Below, piece after piece: positions 63,829 through 64,000 of a DNA stretch of 64,000 bases. A model generated the notes under the pieces. That model saw only the letters and a list, made by a program, of their open reading frames with translations, searched no databases and was not told where the DNA came from. Source of the DNA: Solirubrobacteraceae bacterium (lineage in GTDB: Bacteria; Actinomycetota; Thermoleophilia; Solirubrobacterales; Solirubrobacteraceae); the NCBI GenBank assembly GCA_031177685.1, contig JAPSGI010000012.1:13656-77655 (forward strand), written 5' to 3'. Each line of letters starts with the position of its first letter. The stretch's first letter is position 1. The position numbers were made by a program, and so were the translations under genes.

Positions 63829-63999
63829 GCTAGGCGACGTCGACCAGCGCGCCGGGCTCGCAGCGCACGCGCCGGCCATCGGCGGTAACGAGGCTGTACC
63901 CGCGCCCGATCAGCTCGAAGATCGCCCGCATCTCGGTGCCGAAGTTCAGTCCGGGCACGGGGATGCCGCCCACGCCGATGCCGTGCGTGAGGTCGCCGA
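63829..63999 (-). CDS. 3-prime end of an unidentified gene entering from the right edge
   Basis: Not in the ORF track. Reverse complement reads ...VGDLTHGIGVGGIPVPGLNFGTEMRAIFELIGRGYSLVTADGRRVRCEPGALVDVA* with high GC3. Family not recognised. The printed sequence ends at 63999 by my count. Confidence 0.4.
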
Positions 64000-64000
64000 C

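Noticed and set aside
1-63999. tRNA, rRNA or other standard RNA genes in the intergenic gaps
   Set aside because: All gaps are 273 bp or shorter. None contains a cloverleaf-compatible sequence or a T-loop GGTTCGAATCC-type box. The one GGTTCG string (near 32405) lies inside the carboxypeptidase CDS.

Overview
Very GC-rich DNA (about 70-75 % by eye, GC3 near saturation) in an actinobacterial chromosomal style. Arg/Ala-rich proteins, frequent GTG starts and many 4-nt start/stop overlaps suggest Thermoleophilia/Solirubrobacterales-type Actinomycetota, but the taxon is only a guess. I call 56 protein-coding genes and one decayed methyltransferase pseudogene. Two genes are cut by the window edges and are absent from the supplied ORF track; two are small low-confidence ORFs. 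I see no rRNA, tRNA, CRISPR array, transposase, integrase or phage gene. Many long ORFs in the track are antisense or off-frame shadows typical of high-GC DNA and are rejected. Three themes stand out. (1) About 20 of the 56 products carry signal peptides: LVIVD, YWTD-like, lactonase-type, TolB-type and BNR propellers, a DUF11 surface protein, beta-helix, ricin-like and DUF3494 ice-binding-like proteins, an M14 carboxypeptidase, a metallophosphoesterase and an L,D-transpeptidase. (2) There are many signalling and regulatory genes: two class III cyclase-STAND ATPase-TPR proteins, four LuxR-type HTH proteins, one TetR and an RsbQ/RsbP-like hydrolase-phosphatase pair. (3) Small-molecule enzymes recur as paralogs: three BBE/VAO-type FAD oxidases, three GNATs, four alpha/beta hydrolases and two cupins. 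A VapBC-type toxin-antitoxin pair is the only recognisable defence-like or addiction module. The best candidate for an undescribed system is a translationally coupled trio at 52039-54496 on the minus strand (mini-protein, secreted 178-aa protein, secreted HEAT + HExxH protein), divergent from a LAL-type LuxR ATPase. That call rests only on motifs and gene arrangement. All domain calls come from reading translated sequence without any database search.
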